Positions 55,324 through 64,000 of a DNA stretch of 64,000 bases are shown here, piece after piece. Each line of letters begins with the position of its first letter. The first letter of the stretch is position 1. A program made the translations under genes and the position numbers. The notes under the pieces are model-generated. The model did no database searches, was not told the DNA's origin, and saw only the letters and a program-made list of their open reading frames with translations. Source of the DNA: Gammaproteobacteria bacterium (GTDB taxonomy: Bacteria > Pseudomonadota > Gammaproteobacteria > Steroidobacterales > Rariloculaceae); the NCBI GenBank assembly GCA_036381015.1, contig DASVDR010000046.1, positions 1,721 through 65,720 of the forward strand. Reading direction: 5' to 3'.

Positions 55324-56775
55324 ATGAGCGGAAAATCAAAGGCTTATGCAACAGCATTCGCCGCCGCGATCGCGCTCGGCTGCGGCGTCGTTCATGGTCA
55401 GCAGAGCGAAAGCGAAAACGAGGACACAACGGCGACGCGCGAGGCGGACGACGAGAGCCGGACTGCCGAGCGCCTCGACGACATCGTTCGAATGGCGGAA
55501 GAGGCGATCGAGGAGCTGCGCGAGCGTAATCCGACCGCGGCGCGCGAAATGGAGCAGGCTTACGGCTACGCGGTCTTCGACACGACGCAGGGCGGGCTCA
55601 TTCTCACCGGCGCCGGCGGCACGGGCGTGGCCAGGCCTTTCGCGGGCGGGGATGTCACGTTCATGCGCGTCGGCGCGGCCGGAGTCGGCATCGGAGTCGG
55701 ATTTCAGAACTACAGGCTGGTGCTGCTGATCGCCGACGAGCAAACCTACCGCGACTTCGTCTCGGGGCTGTGGGACGGAAATCTCTCCGCGCACGCGGTC
55801 GCCGGGGACGAGGGCGTTGCGGCCGTCGAGCAGTTTCTCGGCGGCATTCGTGCGTATCGCTTGACCGACGGCGGGCTCATGGCTCAGGTGGACGCGATCG
55901 GCCAGCGGTTCTGGCCGGCCGATGCGTTGAACGATGCGGCGGAGCTGCGGGAGCTGCGCGCTGCGGCCGGACGCGCACCGCCCGAGGAAAGCGAAACGGT
56001 ACAGGTCGCCGAAGCGGAGCCCGAGACCGAAACGGAGCCCTTTGCCGAGTCGGAAACCGAACCCTCCGCGGAGGCGGAAGCCGAAGCCGAGGCAGCGGCC
56101 GTGGAGACCGGAGAGCCGCATCCCGAGCGGCTCGACGAGCTCGCGGCGGAGCACGAGGATCTCGGCACGTTCATCGCCGCGGTGCAGGCCGCCGGGATGG
56201 CGGATGCGCTCACGGGCGACGTGCCCTACACGCTCCTCGCGCCGACGAACGAGGCGTTCGAGTCCACGTCCGGAATGACGCGCGAAGAATTGCTTGCGCC
56301 CGAGAACCGCGCGGAGCTCGTGCGGCTGCTGCGCGCCCACATCATCGCCGACGATATGGATCGGCAAATGGCGGAGAATCTTTCCGAGGCCAGAACGATC
56401 GACGGCGGCACCGTACCGGTGGACATGGAGGGCGAGCGGTTTTCGATCGGCGATGCGACGGTGGTCGAACCGGACATCGAAAGCGGCAATCTCAGGGTGC
56501 AGGTGATCGACGAGGTGCTCGGCCGCGGTCGTACGCAAGTCGCGGCAGCACCGGAGAACGAAATCGAGCCCGACTCGGAGTCGGAACCGGAGGACGCGGA
56601 GGAGGCCCCGGGGAGCACCGAGCCGCAGGACGTCGCGGAGCCGCAGGACGTCGCGGAGCCGCAGGACGTCGCGGAGCCGCAGGATGCCGCGGAGCCGCAG
56701 GACGAGGAAGCCGAGCCGGTCGACTCCTCGGACGGGGCCGGCGCGGCGCCGCCCGGAAGCAGCGGGTTGCGTTGA
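55324..56775 (+). CDS. Exported multidomain protein: Gly-rich beta domain + acidic linker + FAS1 (fasciclin) domain + acidic tandem-repeat tail
   Basis: Signal/lipobox-like AAAIALGCGVVHG. FAS1 motifs TFIAAVQAAGMADAL ... YTLLAPTNEAF ... HIIADDM ... LRVQVIDEVL. Acidic linker ETETEPFAESETEPSAEAEAEAEA. C-terminal (EPQDVA)n. Confidence 0.8.
   Translation: MSGKSKAYATAFAAAIALGCGVVHGQQSESENEDTTATREADDESRTAERLDDIVRMAEEAIEELRERNPTAAREMEQAYGYAVFDTTQGGLILTGAGGTGVARPFAGGDVTFMRVGAAGVGIGVGFQNYRLVLLIADEQTYRDFVSGLWDGNLSAHAVAGDEGVAAVEQFLGGIRAYRLTDGGLMAQVDAIGQRFWPADALNDAAELRELRAAAGRAPPEESETVQVAEAEPETETEPFAESETEPSAEAEAEAEAAAVETGEPHPERLDELAAEHEDLGTFIAAVQAAGMADALTGDVPYTLLAPTNEAFESTSGMTREELLAPENRAELVRLLRAHIIADDMDRQMAENLSEARTIDGGTVPVDMEGERFSIGDATVVEPDIESGNLRVQVIDEVLGRGRTQVAAAPENEIEPDSESEPEDAEEAPGSTEPQDVAEPQDVAEPQDVAEPQDAAEPQDEEAEPVDSSDGAGAAPPGSSGLR
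56620..56706 (+). repeat. In-frame 18-bp tandem repeat (GAGCCGCAGGACGTCGCG, about 4.8 copies) encoding EPQDVA repeats
   Basis: Three identical units (56620-56673), one unit with two substitutions, and one partial unit. Lies inside the CDS 55324-56775. Confidence 0.9.
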
Positions 56776-56910
56776 CGGCTGAGCCCTCGATCGCGCGCGG
56801 GGACGTACCGGGGACGCCCGAGACCGGCAACGATGTGGCAGCGGCCGTCAGGCTGATCAGCGCCCGCCCCCGCCCGTCCGGATGGACGGGCGGAGAGCGG
56901 ACACGACGCC

Positions 56911-58338
56911 TCAGTTCTCGAGCTCCACCTCCTCGGCGGTGATGGCACCGTTGCTCGGCGTGCCGTCGACCTCGACGAGCCGGCCGTCGGCCTCGCCGAA
57001 GAACGCCGCCGCGTCGATCGGCGCATCGTCCACGTCGCGGAACCGGGTGGCGCCGCTCGTCAGTATCGTGACGCCGAGGATCACGAGGTTCGGCTGGGTC
57101 ACGGAATCCACGAATCCGCGCAGCTCGACCTCGTCCTCGGGATCCTCCCGCTCGAGCAGTGTCGCAACGACGCCTGCGCCGTCCTCGAACCCGCGCACTT
57201 CCACGTAGTCGCCGACCGCCACGTCGGCGAGCGTGAACGGCTCGACGTCGGCGTTGCTCTGGTCCTCCATTCGCGTGAATGCGTCGACCCGGACGTCGAC
57301 GCCGAGCACCGTCAGGGTGTCGGTGCCGACGTCCTCCACCGTCGCCGTGATCCGGATGAAGTTGGACAGCTTCAGCTCGACCTCGTCGGCGACGACGACG
57401 CCTTCCTGGTTCAGCTCGCCTTCGACCTCGACCTTGCGGTTCAAGCCGAGATCCGCGCTCGAGCCGTTCTCGAACCTCGTCCCGGCGTCCGTCGTCACGG
57501 GAACGCCTTCGACATCGAAGTCCGAGGCCGACACGAACCGCGTGATGAAGCCCTCGATCTCGACGCGGTCGCCGGCATCGCCGGGCAGGCCGTCATCCTT
57601 CCGCTCGACGCGCGTCGCGAGCAGCTCGCCGTCCGGACCGAGCGCCGTGCCCTTCGCCTCGACGAGCTGCCCGTTCTCCGGTCCGCCGGCGGGGAAGTCC
57701 TGGAGCATCGCCGCGCCGTAGTCGACGACGAGATCGCCGATCCGGAACGTGAGCGCCGCGGTGTCGAGAGCGCTGACGGTGCCCGTGACTTCGAGCTCGC
57801 CGCCGGGCGCCTTCGGCTCGATGCGCGTGGCGCTGGTGCTATCGTCGGCGAGGATGAAGCCCGCGACCTCGACGATGTCGCCCGTCTCGAGGCCCTCGAG
57901 GGACGCGGGCGTGATGCGGTCGTCGAAAGACGTATCGGCATCGACGCGCACGAGCCGGCCGAGGACCACGAGCGTGCCGGCCGCGAGATCGATCTCGCCG
58001 ATCGGGCCCTCGACCACGTCGTCGAACACGACGCTCGATGCAGTGCCGGTCGTCCCGTCCTCGCTCAACGTGCCTTCGACGACCACGACGTCGCCGACGG
58101 CGAGATCGGCTTGCGTGCCCGCGACGCCGTCGACGAGGATCGACGCGCGGTCGGTCTCGAAGTGCACGCCGTTCACGACGATGCTGCCGAAGCCGGTGAT
58201 CGTGCCCCGCGACACGACGTCCGCCGCTCCAGGCGCGCCGCCCGCGTCGATTCCTGCAATCTCTCCGCCGTCACCACCGCCGCCGCATGCGGCGAGGAAT
58301 GCGCCCGCAAGCGCGGCGGCCGTTCCGATACGTTTCAT
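56911..58338 (-). CDS. Lipoprotein made of repeated DUF5666-like beta modules
   Basis: Lipobox FLAAC followed by a Gly-rich linker. At least six repeats of the pattern GD.VEV.G....DG...A..VE (GDVVVVEGTLSEDG, GDIVEVAGFILADD, GQLVEAKGTALGPDG, RKVEVEGELNQEG, GDYVEVRGFEDGAG, GRLVEVDGTPSNG). Confidence 0.8.
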   Translation of the reverse strand: MKRIGTAAALAGAFLAACGGGGDGGEIAGIDAGGAPGAADVVSRGTITGFGSIVVNGVHFETDRASILVDGVAGTQADLAVGDVVVVEGTLSEDGTTGTASSVVFDDVVEGPIGEIDLAAGTLVVLGRLVRVDADTSFDDRITPASLEGLETGDIVEVAGFILADDSTSATRIEPKAPGGELEVTGTVSALDTAALTFRIGDLVVDYGAAMLQDFPAGGPENGQLVEAKGTALGPDGELLATRVERKDDGLPGDAGDRVEIEGFITRFVSASDFDVEGVPVTTDAGTRFENGSSADLGLNRKVEVEGELNQEGVVVADEVELKLSNFIRITATVEDVGTDTLTVLGVDVRVDAFTRMEDQSNADVEPFTLADVAVGDYVEVRGFEDGAGVVATLLEREDPEDEVELRGFVDSVTQPNLVILGVTILTSGATRFRDVDDAPIDAAAFFGEADGRLVEVDGTPSNGAITAEEVELEN

Positions 58339-59153
58339 GGGATTTTCCTCTGATCGGTGTCGTCCTGAATCCAGTAGACGCCGAGGCCTAGCCGAATGCC
58401 GGGTCCGTCGTCTGCCGAGTGCTCGTGCGCCGTAAGCCAGGCGTCGACCCGCTCGAGAAACGCCTGCGCCTCAGCTTCGATGAACTTGCGAAACTCGGCA
58501 ACGGCGCTCGCCGGCATGTGCGTGTTGGTCGCGCGCCGCTCGAAGCGGGCGGGCTCGCCGTTGCGCGGATGCAGATTGTGCTCGACGGTGCGCGCGAGAT
58601 CGGCGAGCACGCTGCCGGAGCGCAAGACTCGCTCGGGATCCGTCGCGACCGGCAAGTAGTAACGGGTTCGCGCCACCACCCGGCCGTCCGGCAGCTCCTC
58701 GACGGCGCCGACATGGCGCAGCTCCTTCAGCATCGTGGTGGCGGGGACGTCGGCCGCATAGCGCGCGCACAGCCGTTCGAACGACGCGCCCTCGCCGGCG
58801 AGTGGCAGTGGCCGCGGTGCGCCCGCGCCGTCGGAGAACTCTTCGTTCTGGTACCAGCCGGACAGCACCCGCGTCGCGTGATTCATGCGCCCGAAGGTCT
58901 CCGATTCGTCCTGCGGAGGACGTTCGCGAAGCCGCCTTACCTCGCGCCGGGTGAGCCCGGTCAGGATCGCCACACGAGAGACGTTCGTCGGCCGACCTCG
59001 GATACCGAAGCTCTCGGTCGCAACCTCGACATAGGTCGACTTGCCGACGGCGGCGAGCTCCTTCCAGTCGATGCCGTCCCGCAGCAGGATGCGGGCCACG
59101 GGCCGGAAGAGCAGACGAAAGGCCGCTAGGGCCGGGTTCTTCTTGCATTCCAT
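58335..59153 (-). CDS. Cytoplasmic HTH-containing protein (DUF6502-like, from memory)
   Basis: 272 aa. HTH-like TNVSRVAILTGLTRREVRRL. The stop overlaps the ATG of the downstream lipoprotein gene (4-nt overlap). Confidence 0.6.
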   Translation of the reverse strand: MECKKNPALAAFRLLFRPVARILLRDGIDWKELAAVGKSTYVEVATESFGIRGRPTNVSRVAILTGLTRREVRRLRERPPQDESETFGRMNHATRVLSGWYQNEEFSDGAGAPRPLPLAGEGASFERLCARYAADVPATTMLKELRHVGAVEELPDGRVVARTRYYLPVATDPERVLRSGSVLADLARTVEHNLHPRNGEPARFERRATNTHMPASAVAEFRKFIEAEAQAFLERVDAWLTAHEHSADDGPGIRLGLGVYWIQDDTDQRKIP

Positions 59154-59177
59154 ATATGGGATGTTTTATCCCATATA
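59153..59177. promoter_or_regulatory. Perfect 10-bp inverted repeat TATATGGGAT-GTTTT-ATCCCATATA abutting the start codon of the 58335-59153 gene
   Basis: Read directly. AT-rich palindrome in the divergent region shared with the TraR/DksA-like gene, operator-like in form. Confidence 0.4.
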
Positions 59178-59307
59178 CGGCCTCAAGCGTCAAGGCGGGC
59201 ATCGGCTTTGCACGCGCCGACCGAGCCGCGGAGGCGGGCGCGTGCTTGCGTTTCGCTGACCAACGCGGTGCGATATCGGTGAACGGAGTCCCGGGAGCGG
59301 AGACGGC

Positions 59308-59574
59308 ATGGCAAAGGGGTGGGCGAACGAGGATGCGGCGCTCGAGCAGATCGATGCGACCGTCGAGGACGGCGTGAGCCGCGCGCGGAGCCGCCTCCCC
59401 CAGGGGCCGGGTCTTTCGCACTGCGGGGACTGCGGGGCCGAGATTCCGGAGGCACGGCGCAAGGCGGTTCCCGGCGTGCGCCTTTGCGTACCGTGCCAGG
59501 AAGCGCGCGATCGGACGGACGTCCCGTTCAGCGGCTACAACCGCCGCGGCAGCAAGGACAGCCAGCTTCGGTGA
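59308..59574 (+). CDS. TraR/DksA-family C4-type zinc-finger protein
   Basis: 88 aa. CGDCGAEIPEARRKAVPGVRLCVPCQ (CxxC-17-CxxC). Confidence 0.8.
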   Translation: MAKGWANEDAALEQIDATVEDGVSRARSRLPQGPGLSHCGDCGAEIPEARRKAVPGVRLCVPCQEARDRTDVPFSGYNRRGSKDSQLR

Positions 59575-59694
59575 GCGGAGCTCCGAGCGGCCGCCCGTAG
59601 GTTTGCGAAAGGCGGGCCGCGCCGATCGCGGACACCCCGACCGGCACGGGCCGGTGGCGCTTCGATATCGGTACAACAGGTCGAGGGCTTTCCG

Positions 59695-60090
59695 ATGGCG
59701 ATCGAGCTGAACCACACCATCGTTCCCGCGCGCGACCCGCGCGCTTCGGCCGAGTTCCTCGCCGAGATCCTGGGCCTCGATCCTCCGGTGCGCTTCGGCC
59801 CGTTCTGGGCCGTCGCGCTTCACAACGGCGTCACGCTCGATTACCAGCGCTCCGACGAGCAGATTCCGATCGAGCATTACGCTTTTCTCGTCGGCGAAAG
59901 CGAATTCGACTCGATCTTCGCACGCATCCGGGCGCGGGGACTCACGTATTGGGCGGACCCGGCGCATATGCGTGCATTCGAGATCAACCGAAACGACGGC
60001 GGCCGGGGCGTGTACTGGAACGATCCGGACGGGCACTACTTGGAAATCATCACGCGCCCTTACGGGAGCGGCGGCGCGGGCCCGGAATGA
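59695..60090 (+). CDS. VOC (glyoxalase/bleomycin resistance) family protein
   Basis: LNHTIVPARDPRASAEFLAEILGL ... HYAFLVGESEFD ... YWNDPDGHYLEII. Confidence 0.85.
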   Translation: MAIELNHTIVPARDPRASAEFLAEILGLDPPVRFGPFWAVALHNGVTLDYQRSDEQIPIEHYAFLVGESEFDSIFARIRARGLTYWADPAHMRAFEINRNDGGRGVYWNDPDGHYLEIITRPYGSGGAGPE

Positions 60091-60164
60091 TCTGGCGGCA
60101 GCGCCTTTCGGCGCGGCGAATCGAGGACGGGAGGCTCCGTCCCGCGACTCGCGACGTCACCGAG

Positions 60165-62315
60165 TCACCAAATGTGCACGCGCTGCTCGGGCGGGAGGTA
60201 AAGCGCGTCACCCGGCTCGACGTCGAAAGCGTCGTACCACGCATCCTGGTTGCGCACCACGCCGTTGACGCGGAACTCGGCCGGTGAGTGCGGATCCGAC
60301 GTGAGGCGCGAGATCAGCGCGTCCTCGCGAATCTTGCTCCGCCACACCTGCGCCCACGCGAGGAAAAAGCGCTGGTCTCCGGTGAGACCGTCGATGACCG
60401 GCGCCTCCTCGCCGCCGAGGGCGAAATGATAGGCACGGTAGGCGATGGAGAGCCCGCCCACATCGCCGATGTTCTCGCCGAGGGTGAAGCGCCCGTCGAT
60501 GAAGTGACCCGTCACGGGCTCGTAGCCCGCGTACTGCTCGGCCAGCATCGCGGTCATCTCGTCGAACGCCGCGCGCACCGTGTCCGTCCACCAGTTGCGC
60601 TGCACGCCGCGGTAGTCGAACTTCGAGCCCTGGTCATCGAATCCGTGCCCCATCTCGTGGCCGATCACGCCGCCGATCGCGCCGTAGTTGACGGCGAGAT
60701 CCGCATTGGGATCGAAGAACGGCGCCTGCAGGATCGCCGCGGGAAACACGATCTCGTTGAAAGACGCGTTGTAGTACGCGTTCACCGTCTGCGGCGTCAT
60801 CCCCCACTCTTCACGGTCGGTGGGACGCCCCAGGCGGTCGATCAAGTCCTGATAGAAGAAGTCGTGGACATTGCGGGCGTTGCCGAACAGGTCGTCTGCG
60901 GTTATCTCGATCGAGGACAGATCCTTCCAGACGTCGGGATAGCCGATCTTCGGCCGGAAGGATTCGAGCTTCATCATGGCCTCGCGCTTCGTGGCCTCGT
61001 CCATCCAGTCGTTTTCCTCGATGCTCTGCGCGAGAGCACGCCGCAGATTCTCGACCAGCTCTTCCATCTGCCGCTTCGAGGACTCCGGGAAGTAGCGCTC
61101 GACGTAGACGCGGCCCAAGGCTTCGCCGAGGCTGTTGATCGCACCCACCAGCGCCACTCCCCTCTCCCATCGTTCCCGCTGCTCGGGAGTCCCGTTCAGC
61201 ACGGTGCCGTAGAAGCGGAAGCGCTCGGCGTCGATCTCCTCCGAGAGCAGAGCCGCATGGTTCGCGATCAGCGTGTAGGCGAGGTACGCCTTCCAGTCGT
61301 CGATCGAGACCTCGTCCACGAGGTCGATCGTCGGCTGCATGGCGCTCGGGTAGTTGACGTTCAGATCGGTGAGCCCCTGGATGCCGGCGGCCGCAAAATA
61401 CGCATCCCAGTCGAAGCCCGGATACGCCGCCTTGAAGTCGTCGTACGACATCGGGTTATGGGTCAGATCGCGGTTCCGGCGCTGATCCCGCGGCCACATG
61501 ATCTCGGCGATGCGTGTTTCGACGGCCAGCACCGAACGGGCCATCGCCTCCGTATCCGCAAAGCCGGCGAAGCCGAGCATCCGGGAGATGTGCCGGACGT
61601 ATTCGTCCCGCACCTCGACGAAGCGGGGCGCGTCCTCGAGGTAGTAGTCGCGGTCGGGCAGGCTGATGCCGGTGACGAGCAGGCTCAGCTGATGGCGGTC
61701 GGGATTCACACGGTCCGCATCCACGTCGAAGCCGAACGGCGTGCCGGTCCCCTCGCGGCGCGCGCGGCCGAACGCCTGCACGAGCTCCGCCCGGCTCGAG
61801 ATCGCCTCGATCGCGGCGAGCTGCCCCTCGAGCGGCCGAAAGCCGAGCGCGTTGAGCGTGTCGACGTTCATGTAGCTCGAGTAGTAGTCCGCGATCTTCT
61901 GCTCGAACGACCCCGCCGGCGGCGTCTCCGCCACGAGATCCTCGATGATGCGCCGCACGCGCTCGTCGACGCGGTCGCTCAATCGATCGAAGACACCGTA
62001 GCGGCTCTTGTCGGCGGGGATTTCGAATTCGGCCAGCCAGCTGCCGTTCGCGTAGCGGAAGAAGTTATCGCCGGGATCGACGGACAGGTCGCGGCTCGAC
62101 AGGTCGATCCCCCAGGCGCCGAGCTCCGCGGAGGTCGACGCCGAGGCGGCGTCGGGTTCCGGAACAGGAGCCGCCGTGACCGCGGCCGGCTCGGCCGCCG
62201 CTTGCGGGTCGGACGAATCGCATCCGGTCAGCGCGAGCACGAGCGCCGCGCAGAGCGCCGGCGATACGCCGCCCGCGGTTCCGCCGCAACCCCGGTCGGT
62301 GCTCCGCGTCATCAT
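60165..62315 (-). CDS. M13-family zinc metallopeptidase lipoprotein (PepO/endothelin-converting-enzyme-like)
   Basis: Lipobox LALTGC. VIGHEMGHGFDDQG (HExxH), GENIGDVGG (ExxxD). Start at MMTRSTD (62315). Confidence 0.9.
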   Translation of the reverse strand: MMTRSTDRGCGGTAGGVSPALCAALVLALTGCDSSDPQAAAEPAAVTAAPVPEPDAASASTSAELGAWGIDLSSRDLSVDPGDNFFRYANGSWLAEFEIPADKSRYGVFDRLSDRVDERVRRIIEDLVAETPPAGSFEQKIADYYSSYMNVDTLNALGFRPLEGQLAAIEAISSRAELVQAFGRARREGTGTPFGFDVDADRVNPDRHQLSLLVTGISLPDRDYYLEDAPRFVEVRDEYVRHISRMLGFAGFADTEAMARSVLAVETRIAEIMWPRDQRRNRDLTHNPMSYDDFKAAYPGFDWDAYFAAAGIQGLTDLNVNYPSAMQPTIDLVDEVSIDDWKAYLAYTLIANHAALLSEEIDAERFRFYGTVLNGTPEQRERWERGVALVGAINSLGEALGRVYVERYFPESSKRQMEELVENLRRALAQSIEENDWMDEATKREAMMKLESFRPKIGYPDVWKDLSSIEITADDLFGNARNVHDFFYQDLIDRLGRPTDREEWGMTPQTVNAYYNASFNEIVFPAAILQAPFFDPNADLAVNYGAIGGVIGHEMGHGFDDQGSKFDYRGVQRNWWTDTVRAAFDEMTAMLAEQYAGYEPVTGHFIDGRFTLGENIGDVGGLSIAYRAYHFALGGEEAPVIDGLTGDQRFFLAWAQVWRSKIREDALISRLTSDPHSPAEFRVNGVVRNQDAWYDAFDVEPGDALYLPPEQRVHIW

Positions 62316-62583
62316 CGTCTCCCCTGTTCGACTGTCGCGCGGGGAGTGTAGCGTCTCTGCGCGCCGCTTCTCCACTGCGCGGCCCCAGCGCAGGCGGCCG
62401 TGGGTCGCGGCGCGGGCGACGGCGGGACGGGCGCGGGGCAAGCGCCGGGACGGGGCGCCGGCAAGCAACGGCACGGGCACGGGCGAGCGCTGGGACGGGC
62501 GCGGGCCGACGGGACCCGCCGGGGGTCGCGGCCGGGCGAGCCGCCCGGCCGCGGTAGCCGCTCGCCGCGGCGATCGGCCGCGA

Positions 62584-63027
62584 CTAGTCCGGAATCTCGG
62601 CCTCGACGAGCTTCGCGAGCAGGGTCAGCGACTCCTGCCATCCCAGGTAGCACGCCTCGGCGGGAATCACGTCGGGTACGCCGTCCTGAACGATCGTGAG
62701 CTCGGTGCCGACCGACACTTTCCTGAGATCGATCGTGACCTGAATCTCCCCGGGCAGATTCGGATCTTCGAACTGGTCCGTGTAGCGGATGCGTTCGCCC
62801 GGCGTCAGCTCGAGCAAGCGGCCGCCGAAGGCATGGCTCTTGCCCGTCGTGAAGTTCGTGAACGACATCCTGTACGTGCCGCCGACCTTGGCATCCATGT
62901 GATGAACCTTCGCCGTGAAGCCGTTCGGCGGCAGCCATTTGACCATCGCGTCCGGATCGAGGAACGCTCGGTATACGCGCTCCGGCGCGGCCCGAAGAAC
63001 GCGGTGCAGACGGATCGTGCTCGGCAT
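62584..63027 (-). CDS. SRPBCC-superfamily (AHSA1/Aha1-like) protein
   Basis: 147 aa. LHRVLRAAPERVYRAFLDPDAMVKWLPPNGF ... GGTYRMSF ... ERIRYTDQFEDP. RBS AGGAGAG. Confidence 0.85.
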   Translation of the reverse strand: MPSTIRLHRVLRAAPERVYRAFLDPDAMVKWLPPNGFTAKVHHMDAKVGGTYRMSFTNFTTGKSHAFGGRLLELTPGERIRYTDQFEDPNLPGEIQVTIDLRKVSVGTELTIVQDGVPDVIPAEACYLGWQESLTLLAKLVEAEIPD

Positions 63028-63136
63028 GGTCGTCTCTCCTGGTGGTGGTTCGTTGGATAGTCGACCGGCGCCGAAGCGATTCGACATCCTCGCTGTTGCT
63101 GCGCCTGCCGCCGTCGCGGGGTCCCGAGCGCCGTCC

Positions 63137-64000
63137 TCACCACCGCTCCGGAGACGCACGCTCCCAGTCGCGGGCGAAAGAGGCCGGCACGCGGCTGCCG
63201 AGGAGCGCGCCCGGCTCGAGAAACTCGAAAGTTTCCGCGTAGCTTCGCGCCTGCCGGCCGTCGTGGCGGAAAATCAGCTCCGGAGACAGCCGCTCCGGCG
63301 CAGCCACGCCCATCGTGCCGAGAAGCTCGAGGAAGCTCGCGATCGTCGCGGCGTGGTAGCGGGCCACGCGCTGCCGCTTGTCCGTCACGTCGAGCGCCTC
63401 GTAGCGCGCGGGATTCTGCGTTGCGATGCCGACGGGGCATTGGTTCGTGTTGCAGCGCAGCGATTGAATACAGCCGAGCGCGAACATCATCGCACGCGCG
63501 CTGTTGCAAGCGTCGGCCCCGAGCGCGAGCTTGACGATCATGTCGAAGCCGCTCGCGACTTTTCCGCTCGCGATGATCCGCACGCGCTCGCGCAGGCCCG
63601 CGCCGACCAGCGCGTTACGCACGAAGACGAGCGCCTCGGTCAGCGGGAGCGCGAAATGGTTCGACAGCTCCGGCGGCGCGGCGCCCGTGCCGCCCTCGGC
63701 GCCGTCGACCGTGATGAAGTCCGGCGTGACGCCGGTCTCGAGCATCGCTTTGACCAGCGACAGGAACTCGCGGCGGCGTCCGATCGCGAGCTTCACGCCG
63801 ACCGGCTTGTCGCCGGAGAGCTCGCGCAGCCGAACGACGAAGTCCAGCAATCCCCGCGGCCCGTCGAACGCGGTGTGCGCGGGCGGCGAGATGCAATCCT
63901 CGCCGAGCGCGACGTGCCGGGCGGCGGCGATCTCGGGCGTGACCTTCACGGCGGGCAGGATGCCGCCGTGGCCCGGTTTCGCACCCTGCGACAGCTTCAC
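63137..64000 (-). CDS. FMN-binding glutamate synthase (GltB FMN-domain)-family protein; N-terminus lies beyond the window end
   Basis: KLSQGAKPGHGGILP, ITVDGAEGGTGAAP, IIASGKV and a C-terminal CNTNQCPVGIATQ are typical of the family. The ORF runs off the 3' edge of the window. Confidence 0.85.
   Translation of the reverse strand: MKLSQGAKPGHGGILPAVKVTPEIAAARHVALGEDCISPPAHTAFDGPRGLLDFVVRLRELSGDKPVGVKLAIGRRREFLSLVKAMLETGVTPDFITVDGAEGGTGAAPPELSNHFALPLTEALVFVRNALVGAGLRERVRIIASGKVASGFDMIVKLALGADACNSARAMMFALGCIQSLRCNTNQCPVGIATQNPARYEALDVTDKRQRVARYHAATIASFLELLGTMGVAAPERLSPELIFRHDGRQARSYAETFEFLEPGALLGSRVPASFARDWERASPERW

Noticed and set aside
56620-56706. 18-bp repeats considered as a possible CRISPR-like or other non-coding array.
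   Set aside because: The units are contiguous with no spacers, in frame, and lie inside a well-supported CDS where they encode EPQDVA. This is a coding microsatellite, not CRISPR. No CRISPR-like repeat-spacer structure was seen anywhere in the window.

Overview
This is a 64-kb, visibly very GC-rich bacterial chromosomal segment (G+C not computed). Gene content points to a Gram-negative, most likely gammaproteobacterium-like organism: an OmpR/EnvZ-type two-component pair with MipA and a DUF3019-like gene, an RND pump, a Skp-like chaperone, and many Sec/Tat lipoproteins. I can support about 55 protein-coding genes, one decayed toxin gene, a few small repeats or palindromes, and one good intrinsic terminator. 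I found no rRNA, tRNA, CRISPR array, transposase or integrase.

All product calls come from motif recognition by eye on the supplied translations. DUF and Pfam-style names are from memory and need HMM confirmation. Many starts were re-chosen inside the supplied ORFs, using RBS position, overlap with neighbours and signal peptides, and remain approximate. Most long Arg/Ala/Pro-rich ORFs in the track are off-frame artefacts of the GC content.

Most interesting observations:
1. A two-gene module at 21044-26007, in an accessory-looking stretch flanked by AT-richer DNA and next to a decayed hipBA locus. The first gene encodes one 967-aa protein with no signal peptide that fuses a PGRP/AmpD-type peptidoglycan amidase, a GxSxG serine hydrolase and a caspase-like C14 protease with an intact His/Cys dyad. 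The second gene encodes a thermolysin-like HExxH...E zinc protease. I regard this as a candidate undescribed conflict, defence or toxin system.
2. A heavily expanded paralogous pair of exported domains. The small 'H-domain' has a mature N-terminus predicted to begin His-His and carries an NPH motif (4 copies). The larger 'P-domain' has a conserved Cys pair (5 copies). They occur as adjacent genes and as fusions, clustered at 27.4-34.2 kb with an exported metallo-beta-lactamase-fold protein, a TPR-Asp/Asn beta-hydroxylase and a membrane GGDEF protein. Extra copies lie at 13.6 kb and 45-46 kb.
3. An Atm1-like ABC exporter fused to a degenerate histidine-kinase ATPase domain and a receiver domain, convergent with a triple-PAS hybrid kinase.
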